NCBI GenBank assembly: GCA_032718475.1
Contig: JAUCBJ010009101.1
Span: forward strand, 1 to 46,813
Origin: Nemertoderma westbladi
Lineage: Eukaryota > Animalia > Xenacoelomorpha
Reading direction: 5' to 3'
DNA: 46,813 bases
In this document: in pieces, positions 10,686 through 21,278 of the stretch
Layout of the letters: each line of letters begins with the position of its first letter
How positions within the stretch are numbered: position 1 is the first letter of the stretch
The notes under the pieces: generated by a model
Seen by the model: only the letters and a program-made list of their open reading frames with translations
Database searches by the model: none
Told to the model about the DNA's origin: nothing
Made by a program: the position numbers and the translations under genes

Positions 10686-11224
10686 CAGATGGTCAAAGGT
10701 TTAACAGATTTATTTGCGTTTTTACGCTGCTGTTAGAGGGACATCATGCTACTATATGTATTATTTAATATAAGGTAGAAGAGCAATATCGCACGAAGCA
10801 ATGTCAGTGTGAAGAGGCAAGTCGTTTCCAAGGTCTACCCAGAGCTTGGTTTAGCCGAGACACGAGGATCTGAACTTTGCATTCCTAATACTCTGCCTAC
10901 CAATAATACTTGAATATAGTAGTGGCTTTATTGTACTTTAATAAGTACGGACATTTCATCTTACTGTAGTCACGTATTTATAATATGATACGGACAGTAA
11001 GGAAAGAGAAAATTATTTCTCGCCGTCATACTAAATATATATTATATATGTAATTTCGTAATAAACACTAATATATTGCACTAATCTACCAAATAATCTA
11101 AAATAACCTTCTACTAAATAAAATTGAATAAAAACGATTATAATAAAGTACATAATAAAGTTCGCATATAAAAATATAATAAAAATAGATAAAACAATAT
11201 AGTCATACACCCACTCCAGACGTA

Positions 11225-14200
11225 TCACGTTGGGGAGTCCCTAGATGTTTGAGGAATTAGGGAGGTGGTCGTGGGAAGAGTGTCTTGCCTTCCATAGTTT
11301 CCGGAGAGTTCTCTGTCTCTTTCCAGTAAACATAAACGACCAACTGGGCGGTTGAGTTGTTGCGTCTCAAAGATTATGCCTGGCTTCTTGAAGTTACGCC
11401 GCATGACGACGAGTTCTACCGAGCGTACTAAACCATCATCCGAGATGTGAGTCTCGATGATACGACCTGTCTGCCACCGTTTATGTGGGAGATCTGAATC
11501 TACAATAAGCACCATATCTCCGGCACTGACGTTTTCTTGCTGCGCAAACCACTTAGTTCGAAGTTGTAGCGTGGGCAGATAATGTTTCTCGAAATGGTCA
11601 GCGAAACGACGGGATAGCAACTGCATAAGTTGCCAAGTTCGATGGCAGTATTCGTCTCCGTCGGCAATCTCCGATCGTGGGAGCATGGCTACAGGTTTCT
11701 TCAGTAGGAAGTGCGCGGGTGTTAGCGCTTCCAGGGAATCGGGACTCGATGAGACTGGCATAAGCGGTCTCTCGTTGAGATAGGCAGCTATTTCCTCCAT
11801 TAATGTCCGCAAAAGTTCGTCGGTGAGATACGCGCGGCATGGCACTATAAAGTGAAATGCGGTCTTGACACTTCTAATTAATCTCTCCCAACTTCCTCCC
11901 CACCAAGGGGCGTCGGCGGCGTTGAAGGTCCAGCTAGACGCTGTTATCCTTAGCTGATCGTCCACCTGTCTTTGGTTCCAGTCCTTCACGTAAGCCTGTA
12001 TTTCGTTGTTGGCACCAATGAAGTTTGTTCCCTTATCCGATCTCATGGTATTACTCGTCCAGAAGCGAGCGATCTGTCGGCGTAAACTTAAGACGAAACT
12101 GTTGGTAGATAGATCGTTCACCATATCGAGATGGATGGCTCTGAAAGTCATGCATACGAAGATGACACACCATCTCTTGACTATAGTCCTAGCACGATAT
12201 ACTTCAATAGGGCCAAATAAATCTACACCAGTATTAGTAAAAGGTGGTTCATAGAAGCTTACTCGTTCCCTAGGTAATTCTGCCTCTCGCTGTGTTAAAG
12301 GCCTACTGAATGCTTTCCTACAGGGTATGCAGTTCCTTAGAACTTGGTTCAGAGCTCTACGGGGTTTATCAAAATAATAGCGAGTTCGAATTTCGCTAAG
12401 AACTCGTTCTCTACCAGCATGATAAAGTTTACTGTGAACATCTACAATCATCTTGATTTGTACTTCAAGATTTCTAATGAGTATGGGGAATTTAGTGTCA
12501 AAGGATAATGGCGCATTGGTGAGCCTTCCTCCAACACGTATTAACCCATCTATCATTGTGCTAGAGAATCGATCCCTTAAGCGCATCTGCGGATTTCTCA
12601 ACAACAGGAAATACTTATCGGAATCCTCATAGCATTGCAGGAGTCTCAGTATCTGCTTATAGGTTTCTTCATGCTCCTGGTAACTAATTTTCTCCTTTAG
12701 AAACCGGTCGGATGTCTTATATTTGGGTAAATTTTTAATAACATGAACTTGCGCAGATGTCAATGGAGCGGTATCACTAATGGTCTTCGTCCTGGAATAG
12801 TGATGATGAAAACATCTCCTTAAATACGTGACGGCTTTACAGAGCCGATTCCAGGAACTGTAGTGATGCATTGCTCTCTGCAGCAGGGGTGAGATTCCTT
12901 GCGAGATGTCTGGTATTCCAGATTTCCAATCTCTATCTCTAATTTCCGCAACAGACTTATTTGTGGCGAGGGATTGTGGATCCGAAGCATCGTTTCTGGA
13001 AGTATGTAATACAGATAGATCGATCGTCGGTTTAAATAACTTCGATTTACTCGCCCGGGTTTTAGGTTTGACTGTCTCCGCTCCCTTGGCTTGTCTAATC
13101 TCCGCCGTAGTAAGGTGAGGAGGCCATTCATCCTCTTCCTTGCTCAGGAAGTCGGGTCCACCCAACCAGTCTGGAGTATCTATCAGTTCCTGTGGAGTCG
13201 CTCCCCTGGAGGCGATATCGGCTGGATTAATCGTACCAGGGCAATGTCTCCATTGATCTATCTTTGTGCGACTAAGAATAATAGCTACCCTGTTAGTAAC
13301 AAAAACGCTGAACTGACAGACTTCATTGGTTATATACTCCAACACGAGTAAAGCGCCGGTCCAATAAACAGTTTTCTCCAGTGGATAGTCGATTTGTTCT
13401 GTTACGTTCCGGCCGATGGCTGTAGCGTATAAAGCCGCCTTTAACTCCGCTCGAGGAACCTTTAACTTGTTGTTAATCAATGCCTTAGAGGTAACCAAGG
13501 CGACCTTGATTCCATCCGGAGTTTCGACTCGCAGATATGCCACTATACCTATTCCCATGTCGCTGGCGTCTCCAAACACATGGAGTTGATAGGAATAAGT
13601 AGGGAGAACATGACCAAAATATGCACGGGAAATTATAAAGCTCTCGATGGCAGGTAGAGAATCTTCCCATTTCATCCATTTCTTTAACAGTTCTCCCTTA
13701 AGCGGATCGTCCCATGAGTGGTTTTCAAGCCACATTTGTTGTACTAAACTCCGAGCAATCAATATAACTGGGCTAATAAATCCCAATGGGTCGAAATAAG
13801 TGCTCAGGATACTTAAACAAATCCGTTTGGTCCGAACTGGATTATCTCGCTGTTTGAGCTGAAAAAACAGGATATCTCTTTCAGTGTCCCACTTCAAGCC
13901 AAGCGTCTTGGTTTCTGGAAGATCATCCTTTATTAAGTCTAGGTCTTTCGCTCCTCGGTCTTCTACCGGTATTGCTTCCAGAAACTCACGGGAGTTGCTG
14001 GTGAATTTCGTCAGTCGAAATCCACCTCTTTTCAAACACTCTACTGTTCCTTTCGCGACATCAATGGCTTCTTCTACTGATGGAAGGGACCTTAAATTAT
14101 CGTCCATGTATATATTACGCTTGATGTTGTCTATCACCTCTTTTGAGAAGGCGTCTCGGTTGTCATTCGCAGTGGTCCGCACCACGGAGCAGGCGTTGGA

Positions 14201-17200
14201 AGGGCTTGATATGATCCCAAAAGCCTGGATGGTCATCCAGTACTCTACCGGTTTCTGGTTGAGATCTCCTTCAGGCCACCACAGAAATCTCAGGCTGTCT
14301 CTATCTCTATCCAGCGCCTTGACTTGTAAGAACATTCCTTCTATATCGGAGGCGAACGCGATGGAATATTGTCTTAATCTTAAAAGTATTCCCAACAAAG
14401 ATTGGAGTAAGTTGGGTCCTGGTAACAACTCGGAATTGAGGGATTGGCCCATATATAGAGCGGAGCCATCGAATACGACTCGTACTTCGTGGGGTTTACC
14501 GGGTTTGGGAACGTAATGATGTGTTAAGTAATACGTTCTCTCAGTCACTGGTGTTCCTTCAGGTACTCGCTCCGCGTATCCCTTTGTTATAAATTTCTTC
14601 AACTGAGTTTGGTACATTTCTTTAGCTGAAGCATTAGCCGTAAGGCGTCGATGCAATTGAGCGATTCTTTTCTCTGCCAAGGGTCTGTTATTTATAAATC
14701 TAGGTTCTCGTTTTCGAAATGGTAGGCCGATTTCATATCTACCTCGGTCTTTTAAAAAACGTGTAGTTGTTTCCTGGATTTGCTTGGCTCTTTCTTCTTC
14801 TATCGATAGGGCCTTATCGTATGAATTGGGCTCTACCAATTCTTGAGTAAAGAATCGTACGGCGAGTTCGTCCCGAGTTCTAGGGTTGTAGCGCTCTATC
14901 TCGTCATTTAGTTCGTCATTGTAATCAATGGGTCCCGATGGGCGAATCAGTTGACATAGGTTCACCTGATTTTTCCAAGTTTTGTTTTCTGTAAGTAGGT
15001 CGATTGTGTTCTCTTCATCGAAGAGTTGGTAGATGTCGTCATTATCTGAGGAGTATGGTGTTCCCTCAGTTAGTTCGTCCACCTCACTGCTCTCCACTTC
15101 CCAATCATTTACTTGGTATATTCGTTCTTGTGGCATTCTCTCTTCGAGAGTTTTGCGGGAAGGGCCAGTAAAGTACCAACCTACTCTAGTTCTTACCGCA
15201 TAGGTTTGCAGTGGCTGCGGTTGAGCAGGCCGTTTCTCCAATGTCTCGAGCGCCTCATGCGCGTTTTGGCCGATGAGTATTTGCACTCCAGGATAATCTG
15301 TCTGGAATCGAGGTATCTTAAGATGTTGGATGCTCTCATCCTCGTCCCAATTATAAAGGTCTGCTTGGGTAGTAGCGAAGTTCTTTATAGCCACCATTTT
15401 TACCGACCTTATACCTTGTGCTCCTAATTTATCCTGGGGGGTGGACAACACACCTACATAGTAATCTGCCGTTAGGGTAGATTTCCAAACCTGCATAATT
15501 CCTGACATATTCAATTTAGTCCGGAATTTGGGTTGTCCAGCAAAGATATCTTCGGCTAGTTCTTGATCGATGAATGTTCCTGTGCTGCCGGAGTCAAGGA
15601 GGGCGTTCACTATGTAACTTTTGTTAGGACCATGAACTCTTACCTGCACTACAGGAAATTCTCTGATTCCTACGTTGGAAGTTGGAGCTTTCCAAGATGG
15701 TTGTCTGGCAAAAGTAGTTGGGGGGAACTCATTGTTGGTGTCCTTTTCATAAGTAAGTGCTCGATACACCGCGGTATTGATTAGATAACAGGATTCGTTG
15801 GCGTCGGAGAATTCGTCCGTATAGAATCCTTCCATCTCAGACTCTTGATCAGTGTCATTTACATCACTGAATTGGACATGTAGTTCGGGCTCACTTACCT
15901 GACTCGGGTTGTCTCGTTCGAACTCACTGTGTAACAAGATGTGATGTTTCGCGCCACACTTTGCACACTTTAGGCAATTATAGCATAACCGCTTATCCCA
16001 CACGACTGCACGTCTGTCTACAAGGGATTTCTTTAGAAATTCAGCACACGCACTCAAACGGTGGGTCCCGTCGCACAGCGCACAGTTAGGTTTTATGTTA
16101 CTCACTTTACCTTGGGTAACCTGATGCACTCTCGTTCTTTCTTCGGGCTTTCTTCCGTGCATTCTGTTAGGAGACTGAGGAGGGGTCTTGGCAACCTGTT
16201 CTCTCCTATCGTTGGTTCGAGCCTTGTATTTACTTACGTCTTTTGGGGTTTTGTTAACGTAGTAAAATTTGTCAGTGTCTTTCCCGCTGTCCTCTTCTTG
16301 AGAAGCTTGGCTTTCGCCGTCGTCAGTGTAACACACCGGTGTGACTCTTCTCCTAGAAACGGGTTTCTCACTTACCTTATTTTCCGATGTTTTTTCTCTG
16401 GACTGCTTGATGAGTTGTAGTTTTACTTCACCATCTAAGAAGGACATGAGATCAGCCATGGTAGGGCTTCGTCGTTGCTGCTCATTCATATACAACACTT
16501 TCTTGTCCCAGCGTGTACATACTCCACCCTTTGGTAAAGTAGAGACTACTGCTCCAATAACCATGGAACTCTGATATTCATGAGACTTACCTAACCAGTC
16601 CAATTGTCTACAGATCTCCTGAATCTCATCGGAAAACTCTATAATCCCGCTACTAAGGAAGTTTCGGGGGGCTACTAATTTTGCATACAAATACTTAGCT
16701 ATGTTATCCTTGTTACCATACCTGATGTTTAATGTATCCCAAACTTGTCTTAATCCTTCTGGATGTCCAATAAACTTTAACGCCATTAACTTGGGAGGTC
16801 CTTCCAAACACTTGATGAGGAACCTAAGTTTCTCTCCGTTAGATAGTACAGAGTTCTGTATGCTATCTTTGTAATATTCATTGAAAGGTAACCATTTCAT
16901 CTCATCTCCATTGAATTTGACGATCTCTCCCACTTTGACCGCTTGGCGGGCTTCTGTTCTAGCCATCTGACGCGTAAAGCTTTCTTGGGCCATCGTGTTA
17001 TTTAATATCGAATTATCGGTATATAAATTTCTCGGATCATTATCAGTTCTATAGGGAATATCATTAACAACAGGTTTATAATGACCCCTAATAGGGTTTG
17101 CTATAGGAGTTTCTACTTCACTAGCAGTATAGATGCGTGTAGGCTCCACACCTTGCGCATGTAATACTTCAGACCTAACAGGTTGACACAATGTTACTGG

Positions 17201-19315
17201 GGGTATTGGTATACCCTTTTGACTATTGACTATATTGACTAATTTGTCACGTTCTAGCGCGATGCTTTGCTGCACTTCTTGCAATTCTGCCCTACTTTCC
17301 CTTACTGTTCCCTTAAGTTGGTAGACAGTCTCCTGCATCTGTCCGAGCAGGAGATTCATCCCCCGCCGTCCCTCCTCTACCCACTCGACCGCCGAAGCGG
17401 GAGTCGCCAACATTGTAGCGGGCTGACGTGGGACGACGGGAGACAAATCTTTGATTTCTCTCTCAGCTTCCAGGACAGGGATATTCTCATGGACTGTTCT
17501 ACCGGGTACAGGCAGTGTAGTACTGTGTAAAGGAAATTTAGAGTTAAGCTCTGGAAGTACAGGGGTCTCTAGCACAGGAGTGGCTTTGGGAACGACAGGC
17601 CCAATTATTTCAGGCTCATCAACTATTGTAGGGAGTCCTTTGACCTGAATAATTTGTTCTGTGGGTTCTGTACTACCTAAGTCTGTGCTAGCTAGTTGTC
17701 TTCTAACCGCTGGGGGCAAATCAGGCAATTTGTGACAGTGAGATGTTTTTCTACGCCTGCCTAGACGAGATCTATTTCCTCCGCCTTCAGGATCGGTGGT
17801 CTCGCCTTCCTCCGATGATGTGTATCCTTGGCGCTTGGGAGTAGATCGACTCCTCATCTGCATTTGACTAGCAGTTAACTGTTTATTTATGCAGTCTTGC
17901 GTCTCTTGAAGATTTTCCAACTCCAGTTGTGTGGTCTCTTCAGACGCTCTCTGTTCTGCGTCTGCCAATGCCATTGCTGCTGCTGCTTTGGCTGCTTCCA
18001 CTGCCGCTGCCGCTTTTGCTTCTGCTACTGCCTCTGCCGCTTTCGCCGATGCTACTGCCTTTGCCGCTTCCACTGCCGCTGCCGCTGCCGCTTTTGCCTC
18101 TTCCACTGCCGCTGCCGCTTTCGCCGCTGCTACTGCCTTTCTGTCCTCTATCCGTTTTTTCTTTACTTGTTCTTCTTGGACTCTAGCGAGGCGGAGTTTT
18201 TCATCAAATTTAGCTTGGTTTGCAGCTAACATTTCCTCATCGATTGAGTCCAACACAAGCTTGGCTCCTTCACTATTGGGGCGAAGGCCAGCCAGTCGTC
18301 TCCTCAATTCTTCATCACCTAGGAAACATTGATAGTCTGACAGATAGATGTCTATGGCGTCTCTCGTTCGCGGTCTCTCTGCGGTCACTTCGCTTTCCTC
18401 TTGAGAAAAGGTGGCATCAGTTGATTCTTCATAGGTTGGTCGCTCCACCAGCTGGGATTTCCACTGGGCCGTTTCTTGTACTTTGAGACCCACCCGCTGG
18501 AACCAAGTCTTGACAGCAACCTGCAACGACGTGTCCTGTCTTCTTTTGGAAGTTTCCTCAAAGGCTGATAGGATTAGTCGAATGCGTAGGGTTTTTTCGC
18601 GTACTTGATATAGCAGCTCTTCCTGCTCTTGAGGTCTTTGGGGTTGTCGAAACAGTTGTTCTTCTAATCGCTCCAAGGAGCCGAAGAATCCCTGCACATA
18701 TCCTGCTGCCGACCTCTTCCAAACAGCTGGATCCATCGTATCTTTAGCTACTCCCATCCTGTGTATATCTTCCCAAGTTGCTTCGGACAAATCTAACGGG
18801 AGTCCGGGTCCGGGAAAGTTCCATTGTGACTCGACAATAGACATCAATTCTTCCCTGGCGTATCCCGCATAACTATCTTGGGTCGCTCGCTTACTTCTCG
18901 CCCAATCGGCTTGATGTTCCTCCACCGCAATCAATATTGTCGTTAGCACTGCGGCAGGAATGGTGAGAAGGGGATCCGAGTAGGCTGTAGCCGCCATCTG
19001 TACTCCGTGTTCGGGGGTCAGCTCTACAGTATCCGAACTACTGGAGCTATCGGGTCGCTGGGAACGAGTTTCTTGACTAGGCTGTTGCTGCTGTTGGACA
19101 GCTGCTTCCTGGTTCCGTTTGACCTGGGCCCGAGTGCCGATGATAGACCTACGGTGTTGGATTAGCTTAGGGTCTGATACTACTACTGGAGGGATGACCT
19201 TTCTTTCAGTAGGAGGTGAGCTGAACTCCTTTCTTAATCGCTCCACACTCCTATCTGTGTCACAGATGGTTGTATCGATTAGACTGTCTGACAGGTTTTG
19301 CTGGGTGTCAGACAT
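11225..19315 (-). CDS. BEL/Pao Gag-Pol polyprotein, 2696 aa
   Basis: DUF1759-like KFNGDEMKW..EKLRFL..CLEG; Cys/His knuckles; protease ALLDSGS; RT SDIEGMFLQV..YMDD; RNase H LHVFGDAS..VPRAELKA; integrase H-H-C-C, GVDLFGP, SDKGTNF, WGGSWERL. Confidence 0.97.
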   Translation of the reverse strand: MSDTQQNLSDSLIDTTICDTDRSVERLRKEFSSPPTERKVIPPVVVSDPKLIQHRRSIIGTRAQVKRNQEAAVQQQQQPSQETRSQRPDSSSSSDTVELTPEHGVQMAATAYSDPLLTIPAAVLTTILIAVEEHQADWARSKRATQDSYAGYAREELMSIVESQWNFPGPGLPLDLSEATWEDIHRMGVAKDTMDPAVWKRSAAGYVQGFFGSLERLEEQLFRQPQRPQEQEELLYQVREKTLRIRLILSAFEETSKRRQDTSLQVAVKTWFQRVGLKVQETAQWKSQLVERPTYEESTDATFSQEESEVTAERPRTRDAIDIYLSDYQCFLGDEELRRRLAGLRPNSEGAKLVLDSIDEEMLAANQAKFDEKLRLARVQEEQVKKKRIEDRKAVAAAKAAAAVEEAKAAAAAAVEAAKAVASAKAAEAVAEAKAAAAVEAAKAAAAMALADAEQRASEETTQLELENLQETQDCINKQLTASQMQMRSRSTPKRQGYTSSEEGETTDPEGGGNRSRLGRRRKTSHCHKLPDLPPAVRRQLASTDLGSTEPTEQIIQVKGLPTIVDEPEIIGPVVPKATPVLETPVLPELNSKFPLHSTTLPVPGRTVHENIPVLEAEREIKDLSPVVPRQPATMLATPASAVEWVEEGRRGMNLLLGQMQETVYQLKGTVRESRAELQEVQQSIALERDKLVNIVNSQKGIPIPPVTLCQPVRSEVLHAQGVEPTRIYTASEVETPIANPIRGHYKPVVNDIPYRTDNDPRNLYTDNSILNNTMAQESFTRQMARTEARQAVKVGEIVKFNGDEMKWLPFNEYYKDSIQNSVLSNGEKLRFLIKCLEGPPKLMALKFIGHPEGLRQVWDTLNIRYGNKDNIAKYLYAKLVAPRNFLSSGIIEFSDEIQEICRQLDWLGKSHEYQSSMVIGAVVSTLPKGGVCTRWDKKVLYMNEQQRRSPTMADLMSFLDGEVKLQLIKQSREKTSENKVSEKPVSRRRVTPVCYTDDGESQASQEEDSGKDTDKFYYVNKTPKDVSKYKARTNDRREQVAKTPPQSPNRMHGRKPEERTRVHQVTQGKVSNIKPNCALCDGTHRLSACAEFLKKSLVDRRAVVWDKRLCYNCLKCAKCGAKHHILLHSEFERDNPSQVSEPELHVQFSDVNDTDQESEMEGFYTDEFSDANESCYLINTAVYRALTYEKDTNNEFPPTTFARQPSWKAPTSNVGIREFPVVQVRVHGPNKSYIVNALLDSGSTGTFIDQELAEDIFAGQPKFRTKLNMSGIMQVWKSTLTADYYVGVLSTPQDKLGAQGIRSVKMVAIKNFATTQADLYNWDEDESIQHLKIPRFQTDYPGVQILIGQNAHEALETLEKRPAQPQPLQTYAVRTRVGWYFTGPSRKTLEERMPQERIYQVNDWEVESSEVDELTEGTPYSSDNDDIYQLFDEENTIDLLTENKTWKNQVNLCQLIRPSGPIDYNDELNDEIERYNPRTRDELAVRFFTQELVEPNSYDKALSIEEERAKQIQETTTRFLKDRGRYEIGLPFRKREPRFINNRPLAEKRIAQLHRRLTANASAKEMYQTQLKKFITKGYAERVPEGTPVTERTYYLTHHYVPKPGKPHEVRVVFDGSALYMGQSLNSELLPGPNLLQSLLGILLRLRQYSIAFASDIEGMFLQVKALDRDRDSLRFLWWPEGDLNQKPVEYWMTIQAFGIISSPSNACSVVRTTANDNRDAFSKEVIDNIKRNIYMDDNLRSLPSVEEAIDVAKGTVECLKRGGFRLTKFTSNSREFLEAIPVEDRGAKDLDLIKDDLPETKTLGLKWDTERDILFFQLKQRDNPVRTKRICLSILSTYFDPLGFISPVILIARSLVQQMWLENHSWDDPLKGELLKKWMKWEDSLPAIESFIISRAYFGHVLPTYSYQLHVFGDASDMGIGIVAYLRVETPDGIKVALVTSKALINNKLKVPRAELKAALYATAIGRNVTEQIDYPLEKTVYWTGALLVLEYITNEVCQFSVFVTNRVAIILSRTKIDQWRHCPGTINPADIASRGATPQELIDTPDWLGGPDFLSKEEDEWPPHLTTAEIRQAKGAETVKPKTRASKSKLFKPTIDLSVLHTSRNDASDPQSLATNKSVAEIRDRDWKSGIPDISQGISPLLQRAMHHYSSWNRLCKAVTYLRRCFHHHYSRTKTISDTAPLTSAQVHVIKNLPKYKTSDRFLKEKISYQEHEETYKQILRLLQCYEDSDKYFLLLRNPQMRLRDRFSSTMIDGLIRVGGRLTNAPLSFDTKFPILIRNLEVQIKMIVDVHSKLYHAGRERVLSEIRTRYYFDKPRRALNQVLRNCIPCRKAFSRPLTQREAELPRERVSFYEPPFTNTGVDLFGPIEVYRARTIVKRWCVIFVCMTFRAIHLDMVNDLSTNSFVLSLRRQIARFWTSNTMRSDKGTNFIGANNEIQAYVKDWNQRQVDDQLRITASSWTFNAADAPWWGGSWERLIRSVKTAFHFIVPCRAYLTDELLRTLMEEIAAYLNERPLMPVSSSPDSLEALTPAHFLLKKPVAMLPRSEIADGDEYCHRTWQLMQLLSRRFADHFEKHYLPTLQLRTKWFAQQENVSAGDMVLIVDSDLPHKRWQTGRIIETHISDDGLVRSVELVVMRRNFKKPGIIFETQQLNRPVGRLCLLERDRELSGNYGRQDTLPTTTSLIPQTSRDSPT
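17970..18140 (-). repeat. Ala-rich coding minisatellite (AKAAAAVE)n in the Gag N-terminal extension
   Basis: In-frame gcc/gct-rich repeats. Confidence 0.85.
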
Positions 19316-19706
19316 GTTTAGCTATACAGTTGAATGCTTACTGCTATAGTTACAGTTAAAGCAAGTCTAGTAATTCAGTATGACCGTTGGCCTAGTACCG
19401 GTAATTTATTACAGTATATTAGAATACCGGTATACACTTATAATATATATAAGTATTGTAAACTAGGTTTGTCACAGAGTACCGGTATATAATTTTAGCA
19501 CAAATATATATAAATATATAATAGGTCTATCGTGAATACCAGTATGCAGCTTACACTTATAGTATATATAAGTATAATTATGAACTAGAATTAATTACAG
19601 AATGATAGAGTTTGAGTTGCTGGGAACCTGAAGCTTATTAAGGCAACAATAAACAGCGCAAATAACTTAAACTTCATGATTTGAGAAATAAAGATTCTAA
19701 AAAACA

Positions 19707-19747
19707 GCTGACGTTTCGATTTATTAAACAATAATCAATTTCAAAGC
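19707..19747 (-). ncRNA. Degenerate minimal hammerhead ribozyme-like motif in the Penelope pLTR
   Basis: Minus strand GCU-UUGAAAUU-GAUU(N11)AAUC-GAAAC-GUC-AGC: stem I, stem II and GAAAC/GUC present; core is a U3-A8 variant with a non-consensus A9>U. Confidence 0.55.
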
Positions 19748-20051
19748 AAAAACAAATAAATACCTGAAAATTAGTGAAAGACAGTACTAAATACAAAATA
19801 CAATAAGGCTGGTGAAGATTGCAATAACAATACAAAAAAAACAATTTACAAAATAATGGGTGTGGCTAGTGTGCAAAAAATGGTTGTAATTGAATATGGA
19901 AGGCGTGTACAGCAGTACAGTACTACAGAAACAACAAGAGCGGATAGTACAAGACAGTCCAGTAAGAAAGTCAGGACCTACCGGTACACGAATAAGGCAG
20001 TACGTGAGGTAGGGGCGGGGGGGGGGGGGGGGGGGGGGGTATATCAAGGAA

Positions 20052-21278
20052 CTACAGTAGGGAAAGGAAAGTCAAAGTTGTTTGGTCATTTAAAGTGGGG
20101 CGAAGTTTCCTAATGAATAAAGTCTCTTTAATGAGAAGTTCGCGCAAGTTACGTGATGTTGATAAGATGCTGAAATTTTCTTTTAACGTGGGATGATCGG
20201 CGGTGGAGGAGTGTTCAAAGATAGAAGAATTTTTTGGACGGGAGAATTTTCCAGAGTTGTACAAAAAGCCAGTGTGTTCCTCAACACGTTTAGCCAGGTG
20301 GCGTACAGTGCGTCCAACGTAAGAAGCATCGCAGCTTCCACAATTATAATGGTACACAACACCCGACCGTATGTGTTCAGGAATCTGATCCTTGTACGGG
20401 AAAAGGGAGGATAGCCTACAGCTGGTTTGGAAGACAACTTTTAAATCCAAGTGAGAAAGACTCTGTCGGAAAAGGCGTAACAGACGTTTCTTTACAAGCG
20501 CGCCGTGGTGGCCGGTAAAAGGAAGGCAGATCAAAACACTCCGTTTGGGTACTGTAGTTATAGGGGGTGATCGTGGTTCACTAATACGATTGAAGAATTT
20601 TTTAATGGCAGAGTTAATGAAAGCCAGTGGGTAACCATTACAACGAAGGGTATGAGTGAGTTCTAGTAACAAAGAGTGACACGTGTTGTAACTAGATGAA
20701 ATATTAAAGCAACGAAAAATCAACGTAAACACCAATCCAAACTTATACTGTATAGGGATAAAGCTGTTAAAATTAGAATAGAGACCAGTGTAGGTCGGTT
20801 TTTTATAAGTGCTAGTCTGAAACTTTGTATTAAAATTTTGTTTAACCAAAATATCTAGAAATGGCAGGCACGAGTTTACAGACTGCTCACAGGTGAACTT
20901 GATATTAGAATGTTGAGAATTTAAATAAGACAAGAAATCAATCGACTGAGAGATATTGTTAAACACCAAAAACGTGTCATCCACATACCTTCTGTAAAAT
21001 ATGGGTTTGAAATTGGGGGGGCATTTATTTAACCAGACAGTTTCATGGTGTGCAAGGAAAGCATTGGCTAATACGGGGCCAAGGGGGCTGCCCATTGCTA
21101 CACCATCTAGTTGTAAGTACATTTTACCATTGAAAATAAATGTACAATCTTTAACAGCTAGCGACAATAAGGTTTTAAACTCTGCACGATTGAGACCGGA
21201 GATTCTAGGTTCCACACTATTGAGAGGTGTGAAAGAAGACGGATTGGGTTCCGGTATAATAAATAAATTGTTTAACAC
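20052..21278 (-). CDS. Penelope-like RT (C-terminal part) plus GIY-YIG endonuclease, N-terminally truncated
   Basis: GVAMGSPLGP..LAN, YRRYVDD, LPFLD, YKKPT; GVVYHYNCGSCDASYVGRT..R..EH..E..LN. Confidence 0.95.
   Translation of the reverse strand: MLNNLFIIPEPNPSSFTPLNSVEPRISGLNRAEFKTLLSLAVKDCTFIFNGKMYLQLDGVAMGSPLGPVLANAFLAHHETVWLNKCPPNFKPIFYRRYVDDTFLVFNNISQSIDFLSYLNSQHSNIKFTCEQSVNSCLPFLDILVKQNFNTKFQTSTYKKPTYTGLYSNFNSFIPIQYKFGLVFTLIFRCFNISSSYNTCHSLLLELTHTLRCNGYPLAFINSAIKKFFNRISEPRSPPITTVPKRSVLICLPFTGHHGALVKKRLLRLFRQSLSHLDLKVVFQTSCRLSSLFPYKDQIPEHIRSGVVYHYNCGSCDASYVGRTVRHLAKRVEEHTGFLYNSGKFSRPKNSSIFEHSSTADHPTLKENFSILSTSRNLRELLIKETLFIRKLRPTLNDQTTLTFLSLL

Noticed and set aside
13884-14516. 210-aa plus-strand ORF and other antisense ORFs over gag-pol and ORF2
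   Set aside because: Shadow frames of the real minus-strand coding sequence, with no motifs
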